Made by a program: the position numbers and the translations under genes. A stretch of 56,290 bases of DNA, the filler included, from Basidiobolus ranarum (taxonomy: Eukaryota), in NCBI GenBank assembly GCA_040143965.1. It is 5 parts of 5 records of this genome, joined end to end, with 100 filler letters (N's around TTAATTAATTAA, not from the genome) between each part and the next. Parts side by side here need not be neighbours in the genome. Positions count along the whole stretch, not along the records: positions 33,877 to 45,043 come from JASJQH010007508.1; positions 45,144 to 56,290 come from JASJQH010007509.1; 3 more parts are not named here. The stretch is one strand, 5' to 3'. The notes below the pieces were generated by a model that ran no database searches, had not been told where the DNA came from, and worked only from the letters and a program-made list of their open reading frames with translations. Position 1 is the stretch's first letter; each line of letters begins with the position of its first letter. This document shows positions 38,701 to 51,929 of the stretch, in pieces.

Positions 38701-39662
38701 GCTAAGATTCAGAAAGGAATTAGAAGTCCACTGTGTCGGCACAGACTCACCAGTAGATTCTAGTATAATATTCCACGGCCTTATCGATTCTGCCATAGTG
38801 CCTCAATACTGAACATTGTTTGTGTGCTATAGGCGCTCATTCTTAATCAAGAAACTTCTTGGAGAATCTGAAATCCATCATTTCTAAATTGTCTTAGAAT
38901 TCGGTCAATTACCAGACATGGTCTTGTGGCTTTCCATTGGCTACTATTTCGGAATGATGTGATTTACGTACATTGATGGGTCAACTATGGCCGGTTAGAT
39001 TTTGTGATTTATACCCGAGCCTTTCATTCAATGCCACCAGAAACCGTGAAGTGTGCCAAGTCAAAAGCATAGTAAGCTTTTTCTCTTCATTGAGCTACAA
39101 GGTCGACCTTAATAAGGCGATTTCATTCTTGATTGGATCGGATAGAAAGAAAGTAAATGTGCTACAGATTCTGCAAGAGCGTCGAAGGAACTTCCAATCG
39201 ATTCATCAAATAACCTGAGTTAGCAGCCAATGCCTGCGGACTTTTTGATGGTAAATTTCAAGAGTGGTTCAGTGTTTCAAAGATCCCTACAGCGTATCCA
39301 CGTAATAGAGTAGCGAATGAGGCGAACCTTCCAACATCTTTGCCATGAGAATCATCGACTCATTGAATGAGTGTTACATTATGATGGATATATATATATT
39401 GCAACGCCTCCATACTAAGAGAATCGGCACGAATGGTTCCGACTTTTTAATGGCTAACTGGGGTGGATTAAATTGTACATAGGTGAAATCATTTATTTAC
39501 AAATGGATAATTGTTTGGGAGGAAGATCACAAGAATAGAATTATCGAGAAGAAGTGTTTTACATGAAATTAGGATGTTAGTGAAGAATGCGATGAATGGT
39601 TGAAATGCAGTGCGAAGCTCGCAATTAATATTATCTTGGAAACAGGGAGAATGGTGTCTTCG

Positions 39663-40241
39663 TCACCACCCTTCAGGGTAAAGGCCAGCTTGAAGTAAGT
39701 TGCGGTTTTCATTGAGGAAATTACGTACATCCTCAGAGTCGACAAATAGCTGATAATTGATGAGACTTAAGAAACATCTCTCCATCTCGTTGATTTCATA
39801 CAGTGTAAAATATCCGCCACATAAACTAGCCATCTTGCAGTTTTCAATGGGACGGTCATTCAGAAATTTGCTGGCTGAAAGGACAGCAGCCAAAAATATT
39901 TTATACGGTGTTTCGAAGTCTCCGCGCGCGGATGGAGGCAAAGACTTGTTCAAACGCTCCACATATATCAAAGAAACCATGATCGTGGGTAAAGAGAGTT
40001 TGGTACGAATGGTCATTAGCTTGATGAACGCTTCCAAGCTTGGCAGGTCAGGTCTGGTAGTATTAATTCTTTCACATTGAAGTGCAGCCTCTACTCTGGA
40101 GGCGGCGAACATCATTAAGGCATCTGGGTCTCTAAGGAGGGATTTTGAGAGCTTCAGAGGCGACTTCAAGTCTGTGACGTTAAGGATAGGTTTCGTACCA
40201 GGGAGTGTATGGCAAGTATATTCAGGAACACTGACAGCCAT
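39663..40241 (-). CDS. Pho85-type cyclin (Pcl1/2-like)
   Basis: LPSLEAFI...LPTIMVSLIYVERL...YKIFLAAVLSASKFLND...EINEMERCFLSLINYQL; first ATG at 40241. Confidence 0.9.
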   Translation of the reverse strand: MAVSVPEYTCHTLPGTKPILNVTDLKSPLKLSKSLLRDPDALMMFAASRVEAALQCERINTTRPDLPSLEAFIKLMTIRTKLSLPTIMVSLIYVERLNKSLPPSARGDFETPYKIFLAAVLSASKFLNDRPIENCKMASLCGGYFTLYEINEMERCFLSLINYQLFVDSEDVRNFLNENRNLLQAGLYPEGW

Positions 40242-43200
40242 TTTTATGTAGTATAAATATATTCGTTGCACTGGGCGATCGAAGAGTAACGTAACAAAAT
40301 ATTGTATGCTGAAATGAGAGTACCGTAACAGAGACTCCTGAGTTCAAGAGCGGACTGTATTAGCAAATATATGAACAGTATTTAGAAGAGAAAGGGAATC
40401 AAATAATGAATGGTCTCCTTGGTTGGAGGTAGACCGCCTTTTATAGGATTTAGAAGGGGATATTATATTGTGATCCATTCAAAGAGGGAATATGACTTAT
40501 CAGCCAAGTGATACGATAGAACTGCATTGGAGAAGCAGATTTCTTGCTCCATCCAACCATATCTAGTAGCAATCCCCCACCGTTTAATTCATCTAGTTGA
40601 TTTTATTTTAGTAATATATAAGCTGCTATCAAATGCAACACCAAGCCGTGTCTTCTGATCAAATCATCATGCAGGTCATGATGCTATTTAATGAAATCAA
40701 TTGCGATAATAATAACTTGTCTTTTAAAGTTTTGAAGCTATTCAAGCAACACACTGCCAACACCAGAAAATATCCATTTATGGCAATTGAGACAACAAAT
40801 CATCCGCAAATGCTCTAATGGAAATTCCATCCGACTGACCCAATCTCGAAATAGTGGAATTCAAAAAGGTCCATATATGGAAAATGATTATATCTCACTT
40901 TGCTTACTTGCTTCAATGCTCTCTTTCCACAATCTTCAGCATCATGACTCAATTCCTACCAAAATCTAAAACAATCATAGCAAGTGAAAGCGCGATTTGA
41001 GCCCAAATGCATTGGTGCTGAGACAAGCCATGGTTTCCAACTTGAATGCAAGAATAATTGCCCTTTCTGGGGAGTTTATTAGATGTCTGTATCAAAGAAG
41101 TCAAGAGCATCCCTAAGTGCGTGTAGGTGGGGGAGTAATAGCTTTCCAGGTATGTTTCATCGACTGTCCTACGCATTCTAGTACCACTGTATCAACATTT
41201 ACACTGAATCAAAAAGAAACTCGTTGATATATGATCGATAAGACATGGCAAATCACTCGCTCATAACTCATTTATAGGGCAAGCTTTGTGCCGATATTCA
41301 TGCATTCCCGAGAAAGAAACGCGCTAGTCCCAAGTCATTATCGTTCTATTCGTGATAGGGTGTGGTACGTCGCGTTCTATTATCTGTTGAACTCATATTT
41401 AACCGTTCGTATACGTCTTCACGCCCTTACTATGCAGCAAACCCAAAATCATCAAGTGATATACATTCCTCGACCATCCTCATATTACTGAACAAAGGGA
41501 TAGAAACCCTCGATCTCTGGTAACATTATTCGTATGGATTCGGGTAATCCAAGATGAAGGAAACGGATCCAATAATACTAATATCCGTTAACAAAGGAAG
41601 CAATAGATGCGATACTGTGTTACGAGAATTTCCATGCTGCTTTGTATGAATTGCTTAAGGCTCATAGATAGTTAACACAGATACTCTCTTAATGTTATTC
41701 CTTTGTGGTATAACCGGACCCAACAGAGCCAGCTATATGTAGCCTATACATTAACAGTGATACTATCACCTAATCCACAAACCTATGTTTACGATGTAAC
41801 CAGTACTCTAAGTACTCATGAGGCAATCTATCCAATAAATACTCGATTTTGTGTTGAAGAATATATACGTATTCTAACTTCCATTTATATACAGCGTCCC
41901 ACATTTGACAAGGCGAGGTACAGAAATACTACTATTCCAAAGGAGGGATATTAATAGAGACCTAGAGGAACAACAAAGAATTTTTTTAGTTACACGTCAC
42001 TTGGACGGATTCCAGGTTCATACAGACAACACAAGAGCTCTGGAGATTGGAAAACTCTCTAGAGTTAGCAGTCGTGGGAACCATTAATAATATAGAGCGT
42101 ATCGTTGGCGATTACGTGATCACGAAAGTCATATGATGCATGGAAGACTATGCTGTCGATCCTTGAGTGGTGACGAATTCTCAGGACTTGAATAAATTCT
42201 CTTCTGCAGCCATGTAGATATTTGTACTACCAGAGCGCTGAGACTAATGTAATGATTCTGTTCAAGCACGCTGATAATCAAAATTGATGCCTTATCACCA
42301 TTCGCTTGAAGTATACAAAGAGATTTTTGTCTGTGCATCAGTAATCTAAGAGTCCTCTACAAGTGTATGAGATAAACTAACAATGAATACATGACCCCTT
42401 AAAATAGAGTGAAAGTTGATGAAGAACGCACATCTTGGCTAAAATCCAAATAATATCGCGGCTCTGCCACTAATACCGTAAGATCAGTTAATGTCTTGGA
42501 AAGAAATCTTTTTAGTGTCACAAAGAGGCATCATGTGTATAAATTAAGGGAATTCAATCCGCTCTATTAGATTTTCTATGTAAGGCTAGTCTTTGATCTC
42601 ATTTAGCGCTCTCAGCTGCGCTTCACGGATGATCTCACACTTCACGAACTAGAATTGAGGAACTCTACCAATTAATTAAGCTAATTTGATAGCGGAGAGA
42701 ATTACTTCCGGTGTAGCTTAGAATACTATTCGTATTAGAAAGCTAACTGTCGTCAGCAAGAGTGCCAAAAGAAAGTATATTTCTAAAGAGACTGACGAAC
42801 TGAGAACGGTTACAGAGTCAAAAATTATAGATGCATGAAGTCCGGTACCCCGTTTCATCATTTGTGCCGGTTCCAACACATTCCATCTGTATATTCCAAA
42901 GAATGTTGGAGATTTATAGGATCTATTTATAGCTACTGTTCAAGGCGTGCATAAGAGTAATGACTAATGTTCATTTGTTGAGTAACATCTCATGATCACT
43001 GTTCGGGGAAGTGGTAAATACCACTGACTCCTCCGGTCTGGACTGAGGGCCAATGGTACATCAATTTATTATACAATTTAAGAATAAATCAATAAACATT
43101 GGACATGGCACATCAAACGGCATGCGCGAAGTAATTGCCATTACCAAATCAAAATGACCCTGACTTCACTGATCATGAAATAGGGACAGAGATGAATGGT

Positions 43201-45043
43201 GAGGTGAGGCCATCCATCCACACTTATTGGCGTTCTGTTGGCTAGGCGGTTTCACTAGAGTAATTTTCGTTGCTTTTCACAAATAGGATGTAACTCTTGA
43301 GTCCACGGTAGAGCGATACGATGGAAGATAAGCGCACCTCATTGCTTATAAGCACCAGGTATCCATTGGTTGTAGAGAAGAGTAGTCAAGAGAGCACCCT
43401 TGCTTGAAGTTATCCAACTTATCTTGGAGCTAACTGCGGCTATCTTCTTCACACGAGGGGTCTTGGTTAGAATTCCGTACACAGTGAGTGTTCTAGTAAT
43501 ACTCATCCCTTAGTAATTGCAGGTTGTAGTAGCTATTTATTTGAGCATAAACGATTTATCTATATATAGTAAGGGTGCTTACTATATATCAGGTTTCAAT
43601 GATGAAAATATCATTTTTATGTCAGCCTAATAATTCGGACGATAAAAATAGTACTACTATTTCCATAGCCCTCAGCCATCGGCCCTTCCATAATTAGTTA
43701 GTGGTTACCTCTAGCGTAACCTATCACGTTAGCACGTTGGGTAAGAGGTATTAGGTTTGAACAAATTTCCATTATTGGACTAGGATAGAATTGCTACTTA
43801 AATTGTACCTCGCATAGGGAACATAAAAGCCAACAGCAGCTGCAAAGCGAACAAAGATGTCCAAGTAGCGTACTATTTGGGGGTTCCAATGAAAGGCAGA
43901 GTAAGACAAGATACGTGTAAACTTCTTCACTCTTCTCAACAGATTCTTTATGTTATACTGATCATGTAAACCCGACTCTTCATTCTACTCAGCGAACAAT
44001 AGAAGAATGCGCTTGATGTGTCACGAGTGATTAGTCGAGTAATCATGGGTTTTTGGCAAGTGTAGGCGTATCTGGTTGATCAATCGTATCAGAGGCCTCC
44101 GCATTTCCAACTTGATGGCTCTCCAGCCCCATTGGTTATGGAAACTCTACTATATATAAGATTATGGAGATAAACCAAAATTGAGACTCGCATAAGGAAT
44201 CCATTAAATCTCAATAGGTGTGGATGAATATTTCATTCTTACCGCTAATGGTAAATGATATTCTCTGTGATACCAGCCTCTATGATCTGTTAGATAATTC
44301 TGAAACCTAGTAAACAAGGCCTGCATAGTAATAGCTCCACGTAGCCTGGAGTCTCGCTGTTAGAGCTAGAACATACCTACAATGCGTTCACGCCCCAAGG
44401 TATGCAACTGCAGAATATTCAATTTAGCTTTACTTTGCATATCAAGGTTGAGCATACAGCTTCCAAGTCACATCCTGTTCTGCTCTTTAGTCCTATCTAA
44501 CTTTATCTTATCTAGTGTTTATATATCTCGCAATTACAAACAAGTAGCTTACATTCAAATTTGGGCAACCGCAATGAAGCTTCCAAATCCAGCTATTATC
44601 CATTATTAGGTATTCAAAGTATTCATTATATCTGCATGCATTGACAGCTTATAGGCTTCATGAAAATTGGCAAGCTACCTATAGTAGTACACTTAGTGTT
44701 AGAGCTTTGGGAAACCAAATGCTTATTGCACTCATCCAGTCACACAATCATGGATAGCAGAGATTTGATATCAACAACCATGGGAGTTGTCTGGATATCT
44801 TTATAGCCACAGTGAGTGTATGTTAGGCAGCAGAAATCTAATACTCCTTCACGATCATCCGAAAATGAGTTGACATGTGGCACCAATTCTTCTGAAGTAT
44901 GACAATTTGTTTACAGACAACGTTGCTTCATAAGTTGGGATGAAACAGCGTGCTTTCCACGAGATATGTATTGTGAAGCCTTGGTGATCTTGTTACATAA
45001 AAAATACTAGTTGAGGAATAGATTCATGCAGTAAAATTGTCCT

Positions 45044-45143
45044 NNNNNNNNNNNNNNNNNNNNNNNNNNNNNNNNNNNNNNNNNNNNTTAATTAATTAAN
45101 NNNNNNNNNNNNNNNNNNNNNNNNNNNNNNNNNNNNNNNNNNN
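45044..45143. other. Artificial contig spacer
   Basis: N44-TTAATTAATTAA-N44. Confidence 0.97.
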
Positions 45144-47410
45144 AAAAGATTGCCCAACATGAAACCAAAAAAATAGCTAGACAGACTTTTCCAACTACGG
45201 AAAAATCCTCAGCGGAAGCATCCACAACAAATAGCAAGAAGTCAACCCAAGACTCCTCTGACACGAATAACAAAGTGAAACTTGTTAAAGATGAAGATAT
45301 GCTAAATATTGTTGAGGATATTAATAGCAAATCAGTATCCAGTGGAAAAGCCATTGTCTCTTCCTTATTCACTCGTAACCCAGTGATTCCCAAAGAATTT
45401 ATGTTGCGTCAACTACCAAGTGATAAAAATGAAATACCCAGTAACGGTATCATAACTGATCCTACCACTTTTGCCGGTATCGGCTTGGATAGCGACTTAT
45501 CGGATCATTTGACTGAAAAATTGAATATTGCCAAACCAACAACCGTCCAGGTGAGAGCCATTCCCCTACTTTTAGGTCCTTCAGAAGATAAGCCTGGAGA
45601 AGGAAGAGATGTGGATATCGTAGTACAAGCAGAGACTGGTTCTGGTAAAACTTTGACTTACCTCCTTCCGATAGTTCATCGCTTGCTTACTTTGTCGACG
45701 GTTGACCCCGAAAACCCTCGCCCTATACCTTTTTCACGCTCAGTAGGCACCTTGGCTATTATTTTAGCCCCTACTAGAGAACTTGCCAGACAAATCTTGG
45801 ATGTTTTAGAGAAATTACTAAATATCCCTACTTGCAAGCAAGCAGGTAAGCGTCGCATACATTGGATCGTTCCAGGAGTAGTGATTGGAGGAGACAAAAA
45901 GAAATCTGAAAAGGAAAGACTAAGAAAGGGAACCAATATACTTGTTAGCACACCTGGAAGATTGCTCGATCATCTCAAAAATACTCAATCATTCAATGTG
46001 GATAATTTGAAGTGGCTTGTATTAGATGAAGCAGATAGACTATTAGACTTGGGTTTCGAAGAAGATTTGAAGTCAATCATATCAATCTTGGATGAAAGAA
46101 GTAAGGCTTGTTTGGATAAAAACACCATTAAAATCAAGTCTCCTGTTTGGCCAAAACGTAGACTCAATATCTTGTGCTCAGCTACTTTACGTGATAACGT
46201 CAAACGTTTGGCAGGTCAAAGTCTGACCGAGCCTCTTTTCGTCAGAGGTTCTGGTCTAGTCCAATCTGCTAAAACAATCGACCAAACCGAAGATGGAGCG
46301 GAGGACCAAGAAGATGAGCAATTCTCTACCCCGAATCAGCTTAAACAAATGTACATCCCCACACCATCTAAACTTAGACTGGTTACCTTGGCTGCCATAT
46401 TGAAGTCTGCATTCGCCAAACGATTCGGACAACAACAACAAGGAAAGGTGGTGGTATTTCATTCTTGCTGCGATTCCGTTGATTTTTATCATAAAATATT
46501 CGCCCAAACTGGAAAGGTAGTGGAGGTTGAAGAAGAGTCAGATGAAGATGAATTCAAGTCTAAATTCAAGAAGAAGAACGCAAACTTCTCGAAGATTAAG
46601 AATAAGGACGAAGCCCCAGCTACCGAAGCCAAGAAAAAACCTGAACCCACATTCGAGGTTAGTGAGGTTATCCCGAAGGCAGCTTTATTCAAACTCCACG
46701 GTAATCTACCACAAAACATTCGTACACAAACTTATTTCGAGTTTTGTAAAGCAGAATCCGGGGTTTTGTTCTGTACGGATGTGGCAGCCAGAGGTTTACA
46801 TCTCCCAGACGTGAGTCTTATTGTTCAGTTTGATCCACCAACAGACTTGAAGGATTACGTCCATCGAGTGGGTAGAACTGCCAGATTAGGTAGAGCTGGT
46901 GAAGCCTATTTGCTACTTCTGCCGAGTGAAATTGAGTACTTGGACATTCTCAAGGGACAAGGACTTCAGCCTGAAGGTGTTAAACTTGAAAAGATCCTAT
47001 CCTCACTTTCTCCCAAGGGAGTGGAATATGAACAAGCAGCCACAGAATTGCAAAATGAATTCGAAAGATTTGTTCTATCCGATCCCAATCGACTTCTCCT
47101 GGCCCGTAAGTCATACTCAGCCAGTATTCGTGCCTACGCCACCCATACTGCTACTGAACGCCATATATTCCATATAAAGAAACTTCATCTCGGACATTGG
47201 GCCAAGAGTTTCGCTCTACGTGAAGCACCTACTAATGTAGGTGACGCCAACAAGAGAACAGCGAAAGCCAAGTCGGTCATTAAAAAGAAACGAAACATTA
47301 AGAACGACCAGATCAAGAAGGGTAAGGATCTTAAGCGTAAACTGGATTCTTCCGAATTTGCTATTGGACTGGTTTCTGGACCCACCACAAAGAAAGGAAA
47401 GAAGAAATAA
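45144..47410 (+). CDS. DBP7: DEAD-box RNA helicase Dbp7/DDX31, 5' end truncated by the gap
   Basis: AETGSGKT, PTRELA, GGDKKKSEKERLRKG, TPGRLLDHL, DEAD, SAT, HRVGRTAR, and the Dbp7-type C-terminus RAYATH..FHIKKLHLGHWAKSFALREAP. Confidence 0.93.
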
Positions 47411-47878
47411 TATGTGGGACAGGTTGGGTTGTGTCAGCCTCCTTCTGCCTATGTTAGGAGTGACAAAATATACTTTGTAAATTAGATGCAGACATTCTTG
47501 ATTTCTATAGCAATCATTTCATCTTGAGTTGGCTTTCATTATTTTGACGCTTTGAATCGCTTCTGATCAACAAAAATTTTGGGAAACTTTACTAGGGTTC
47601 GAATAATTTTGTTGATAAATATACAATAAAAATATAATGGATATGGGAGTCTATCTGTGAGTTTATGAAAATCTACATGCACCTGGTTATATGTGAGATA
47701 GGAGGAGCAATAAGTATTACATGTCATCAACGGTATGCTCTTTGACGTTTTGATTCAAGAAAGTCACGGCTTTGTGATCGAAAGACTTGGGAAGAGCAAT
47801 ATCATCGATAATAGTGTGTATAATGTACGTTTTTTTGCGAACTTTGCTAGAAATGTATATCTCTCTGGGAAGAATATA

Positions 47879-48264
47879 TCATGTAAAGCCCGATTTTATA
47901 ACTGCACCGCAATAAACACACTTTTTGTACCTTGTGGCTAGGCAATAGAGTAAGGTAGGTGGGAAGCAACAACAAAATAAACCTGCGAAAGATGCTGGTT
48001 AACTCAAGGAATCTCTACTTTTCGATGGCTCTGGAAAACACCACCCAAGAATAGTAAAATAAAAGATTTACCACAAGTTAACCCTACTACAGTATATTTG
48101 CTCTCCCATACGTGCCACAGTCTATCTTTACAGTAACCGCTCCCATCGGAACGAACATAAATTACGGCTCTTTCGGATTCCGTTGATAGTTGTGACGTTG
48201 AATCACTTTCCAGTATGGCAGATGAGGTGGTTGGTATTGAGGAGTAAGAATTGTATATTGGCAT
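47879..48264 (-). CDS. BRI3 (brain protein I3)-like small Cys-rich membrane protein, 98 aa, 2 exons
   Basis: Intron 48071-47983 gives ...GYCKDRLWHVWESKYTVVGLTCGLFCCCFPPTLLYCLATRYKKCVYCGAVIKSGFT*: a hydrophobic hairpin flanked by C..H and CxxCG. Confidence 0.72.
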
Positions 48265-48910
48265 TTGTTGAGGGGGATACGGTGTTAGTAGGTACGTATA
48301 TTTAGCAGGTGTAGTGAGTTTTAGGAGTGATAGCAGTGAATATCCAAATGTAAAGTAGTTACGATGCCACACTTGGATCAAAATGGGTAGTATATATATG
48401 ATGCCTATGATGGCTAAATGGTCGAAGCCAAATTAACACATTCACCACCCTAAGATTTCATCTTATTATCGGTATTTCCCATATAAATCCGATGATATTT
48501 TGTGGACCATAACCAATCGGGACTTTCAGCTGATAATTGAAGATGATCTTTATCGATTCTAGTTCGGATTTTGCCATCCTCCCTTTGCCCGCCATTTCAA
48601 GATAATTCATTGCTGTATAAGTTGATTGGATGCAATATGAAATATTTGTAATCTATATTGCCAAACTCAGCTAGTCTCACGTGTAGAATCAGCATGCTCG
48701 GGCACATGACCGTTGAGCTCAATATATGCAATGCAAGGAAAATACATCAAACCGTGCTAGAGGCATATGTCCAAATGTCAACAAATGAAATCAAATATTG
48801 TATGGAAAAGTCGTTGTTTATCTCAAGTTTCAATTCGATAATTTCTCCACTAATTAATAGTTGATCAATGCTACTTGGGTTATACCAGAAAGAGTTAGTA
48901 AGTATAGGCT

Positions 48911-50084
48911 TCATAAATGTGTGGTATTATACTGATGACAATGTGTGCATTTGTAATAACCAGTGATGTTACTTGTGGTTTGGAACCTGTCAATGGAGAA
49001 AAGGAGCATTAGATTGGTTTGTTGCTGAGGCGATTGGTATTCTTTTTACCTGATCTCACAGTTGTTGCAAAAGCATTCAATCTCAGGTCCATTGAAGATG
49101 CTTGGTATGCGCGATAAATAGGCATCGATAGAGTTGGTTCTTTCTGTCTCATCCCCCAGGGATTTCAAGCATATAGGGCATTTGAAGTCGATCTTACAGA
49201 GTTCGTACAAACACTTTTCATGTAATATGTGTCCACATGGAAGTATGCGTGGTATCTCCCTGGAATGGAAAAGTGATTCCAAACATATGGGGCAATCTTC
49301 TTTACCGGCATTTTCAAAACATGCGTGTTCACCAATCTTATCACTATTGAAAGAGAATCAACAAAGTAGACAGCCTTGAGTAACGTTGATTTATCGGACT
49401 ATATCAGTGACCAAATACCTAATACATATCCCACACTTAACACAGTGTCGATAGTCTTTTCTTTTGCCAACCCGACAGATTCCGCACTCATCGCAATGGA
49501 ATATAGGTGAGGTAGGTGCGTCGTTGAAATAGTGGCATTGATCACAGTAATATTGCGCCATACACAAACCACAACCTTGACAAGTTTTGCCCACTTCCTG
49601 GATAGTCTTACAATACCTACATTTCATAACGTTGATCGTAGTCCTAAACAAACAAAAAAGTAAGTGGATAAAACATAACTAGTAGAAAAACCTATATTGG
49701 CCATGCAATTATCGAACAAAAGAAAAATCCTTTCTTACCGATCTATTCTATGAGGTGATAATAAAACCTCATTAACTCTCATGCCTTCGTAAATACCTTC
49801 GTCATGGCATCTCCAACATCCCCAAAATAGATCCTCACAACAAGGCGCTTGAACCCAGCACTTTAATCGATAATGTTCGCATCCATCTTTATCATCAAGT
49901 TCGTTTTCGAGCTTATACACTGGTTTGGTAGACCCGATTGGTTGTTGAAAGGCTCTTTGGAGCCACCTTCTATACAGCCATATACTAAGAATTATGTTTA
50001 GTTTGAAATACAGTCAACAGATATACAACAAGAGGTCACTTCTTACGTTAAGACTAAACATACAATGAAAGTAATAATGATCAT
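48911..50084 (-). CDS. Pirh2/RCHY1-like E3 ubiquitin ligase (CHY, CTCHY, RING-H2, zinc ribbon), 5 exons
   Basis: Exons 50084-50047, 49984-49739, 49643-49419, 49343-49050 and 48986-48911; motifs GCEHY..APCC..CWRCHDE, FHCDECGICRVG, CPIC..CGHILH..C..CPIC and CNNC..KCTHCHQYNT. Confidence 0.88.
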
Positions 50085-50552
50085 TTGAAAGCGCTTTCAG
50101 GACACTGAAAATGACTTACTGAAGCCACAGCTAAACATTCATTACAAATATGCTCTGCATTGGACTGGTGTCACCTCTTTTATGCAGTCGGTTGAACGAT
50201 GATGTAATTGAAGTAAATATGCAGTTCGCTTCATGAAAGCCAATGGTGATCTGGTAATGTCATATTACTGGTTGACCAAGAAGTTTATTGTACTCGTGTT
50301 GCTTCTCATACACACTAACGATTCTTACAAAAACAAGCAAATGTTATAATCGGATACTGGATGTGATAAGTACATTGGTATGTGTATTTCTTCAAATTTT
50401 GTATGTAAATCCATTTTATTCACTGCTTAATAAAGAAGTCAGATTAAAAATACCGTTGAGTCTGACTGGGTCTCAGGGTGAAAATACTGTATTTCAAAGT
50501 ACTTCGCAAACACACTATTTATTGATATTCATTACTATATCATCCATTACAT

Positions 50553-51929
50553 TTACTCATCAAGCACTCCTGATCTCGCTAGCCACTGGTTATTCTTGAT
50601 AACTCCACCGCCTATAAAATTGTGTGGAAATCCAAGGTCAATAGTACCTACGGATTCCAATTTGTTGATGTGCTCTTGAGTGAGCTTAAGATCCAGAGCT
50701 TTAATGTTGTCTTGGAGATGGCTTGCTTTGCGACCACCAAGGATAGGGAAAGTCCTGGGCTCCTTATGAATCACATATGCCAAAGCAACTAGATAATATA
50801 GTGAGGTAAATTATACCGTCATTATGTACAATAGGTACGAAATGAACTCTACCTTGTGGTATGGTGGCTCCCAACTCGTTAGCTACCTCTTCAATAGCTT
50901 CAACAACTTTCGTATCTCGATCAGTGAATTCCTGGACAGCTCTACCACGATCATTGGTATTTTGTTCAGGTTTCTTGAATTTACCCCCACCAAGCACGCC
51001 CCAAGGGGCCAGCCCGAGACCAAATTGTCTAACCATGGGCAAAATGTCCCGTTCAAAGTCGCGATCGGATATATTCCATTTACCTTGATAAACCACGAAT
51101 GGGGCCAATCCTATTAATTGTCTGTGAGTGATGGTTCAAGTTGAGTTTAGATCATTTATCCTATTCAGAATATACCGTGGTCTTTGGCATAAGTATTTGC
51201 TGCTGACACAACCCATGCTGGAGTATCACTGATGCCGAGATAAAGAACCTAATATCCACTCTATTGTAAGTATACTGATGAACATGTTGTTATATTAAAC
51301 CAGGCAACCTTCCCAGATGCCACCAGATGATTCAGACTTCGCATAACTTCTTCAATACTGGTAGTGTAATCCCCTAAGGTAAAGTGTGAGAATCCTGAAT
51401 CTAACTGATAAATAACGAAAGAAAAAGATCCTTACACCAGTGTAGGTATAACAAATCGATATAATCGGTTCTAAGCTTTCGTAAGCTCTCCTGGACAGAG
51501 ACATGAAGAGACTTTGCAGAATTACCAGCGTGATTAATTGCGATGTGTCCGTTAGGTGCGATGGAGGATGTATATTTTGTTGCGAGAACGATTTCATCTC
51601 GGTTTCTGCGGTTCTCCATCCATTCACCGATCCACTCTTCTGATTCACCATTCTGGTAATTGTTAGCTTAGATGAACTGTTAGTATGCTATCTCATTCTT
51701 GACCGTAGGTATATATGGTCCTACCGGTATCAATAAAATTGCCTCCAGCTTCGTAATATGTATCCAGGATCTTGATTGCCTCTTCTTTGGTAATGTCACC
51801 AACAAAGTCGCCCCACTTGTTCCCGAAATTCATGGCACCCAAGCATAAAGGACTCACACGTACGCCAGCATTAGGTGAGAGAAGTTTGTAGTTGCCTAGC
51901 TTAGATTTAGCAGAGGGAGCTTGAAACAT
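50553..51929 (-). CDS. Aldo-keto reductase, aryl-alcohol dehydrogenase (AAD/NorA) type, multi-exon
   Basis: [79 protein letters not shown]. Confidence 0.92.

Noticed and set aside
44359..44372. GTTAGAGCTAGAAC resembling the Cas9 sgRNA scaffold start
   Set aside because: Short partial match with none of the remaining scaffold; chance.
17651..50084. Apparent ubiquitin-system cluster (arrestin, F-box, RING ligase)
   Set aside because: The genes lie on different concatenated contigs, so the co-occurrence is an assembly artefact.
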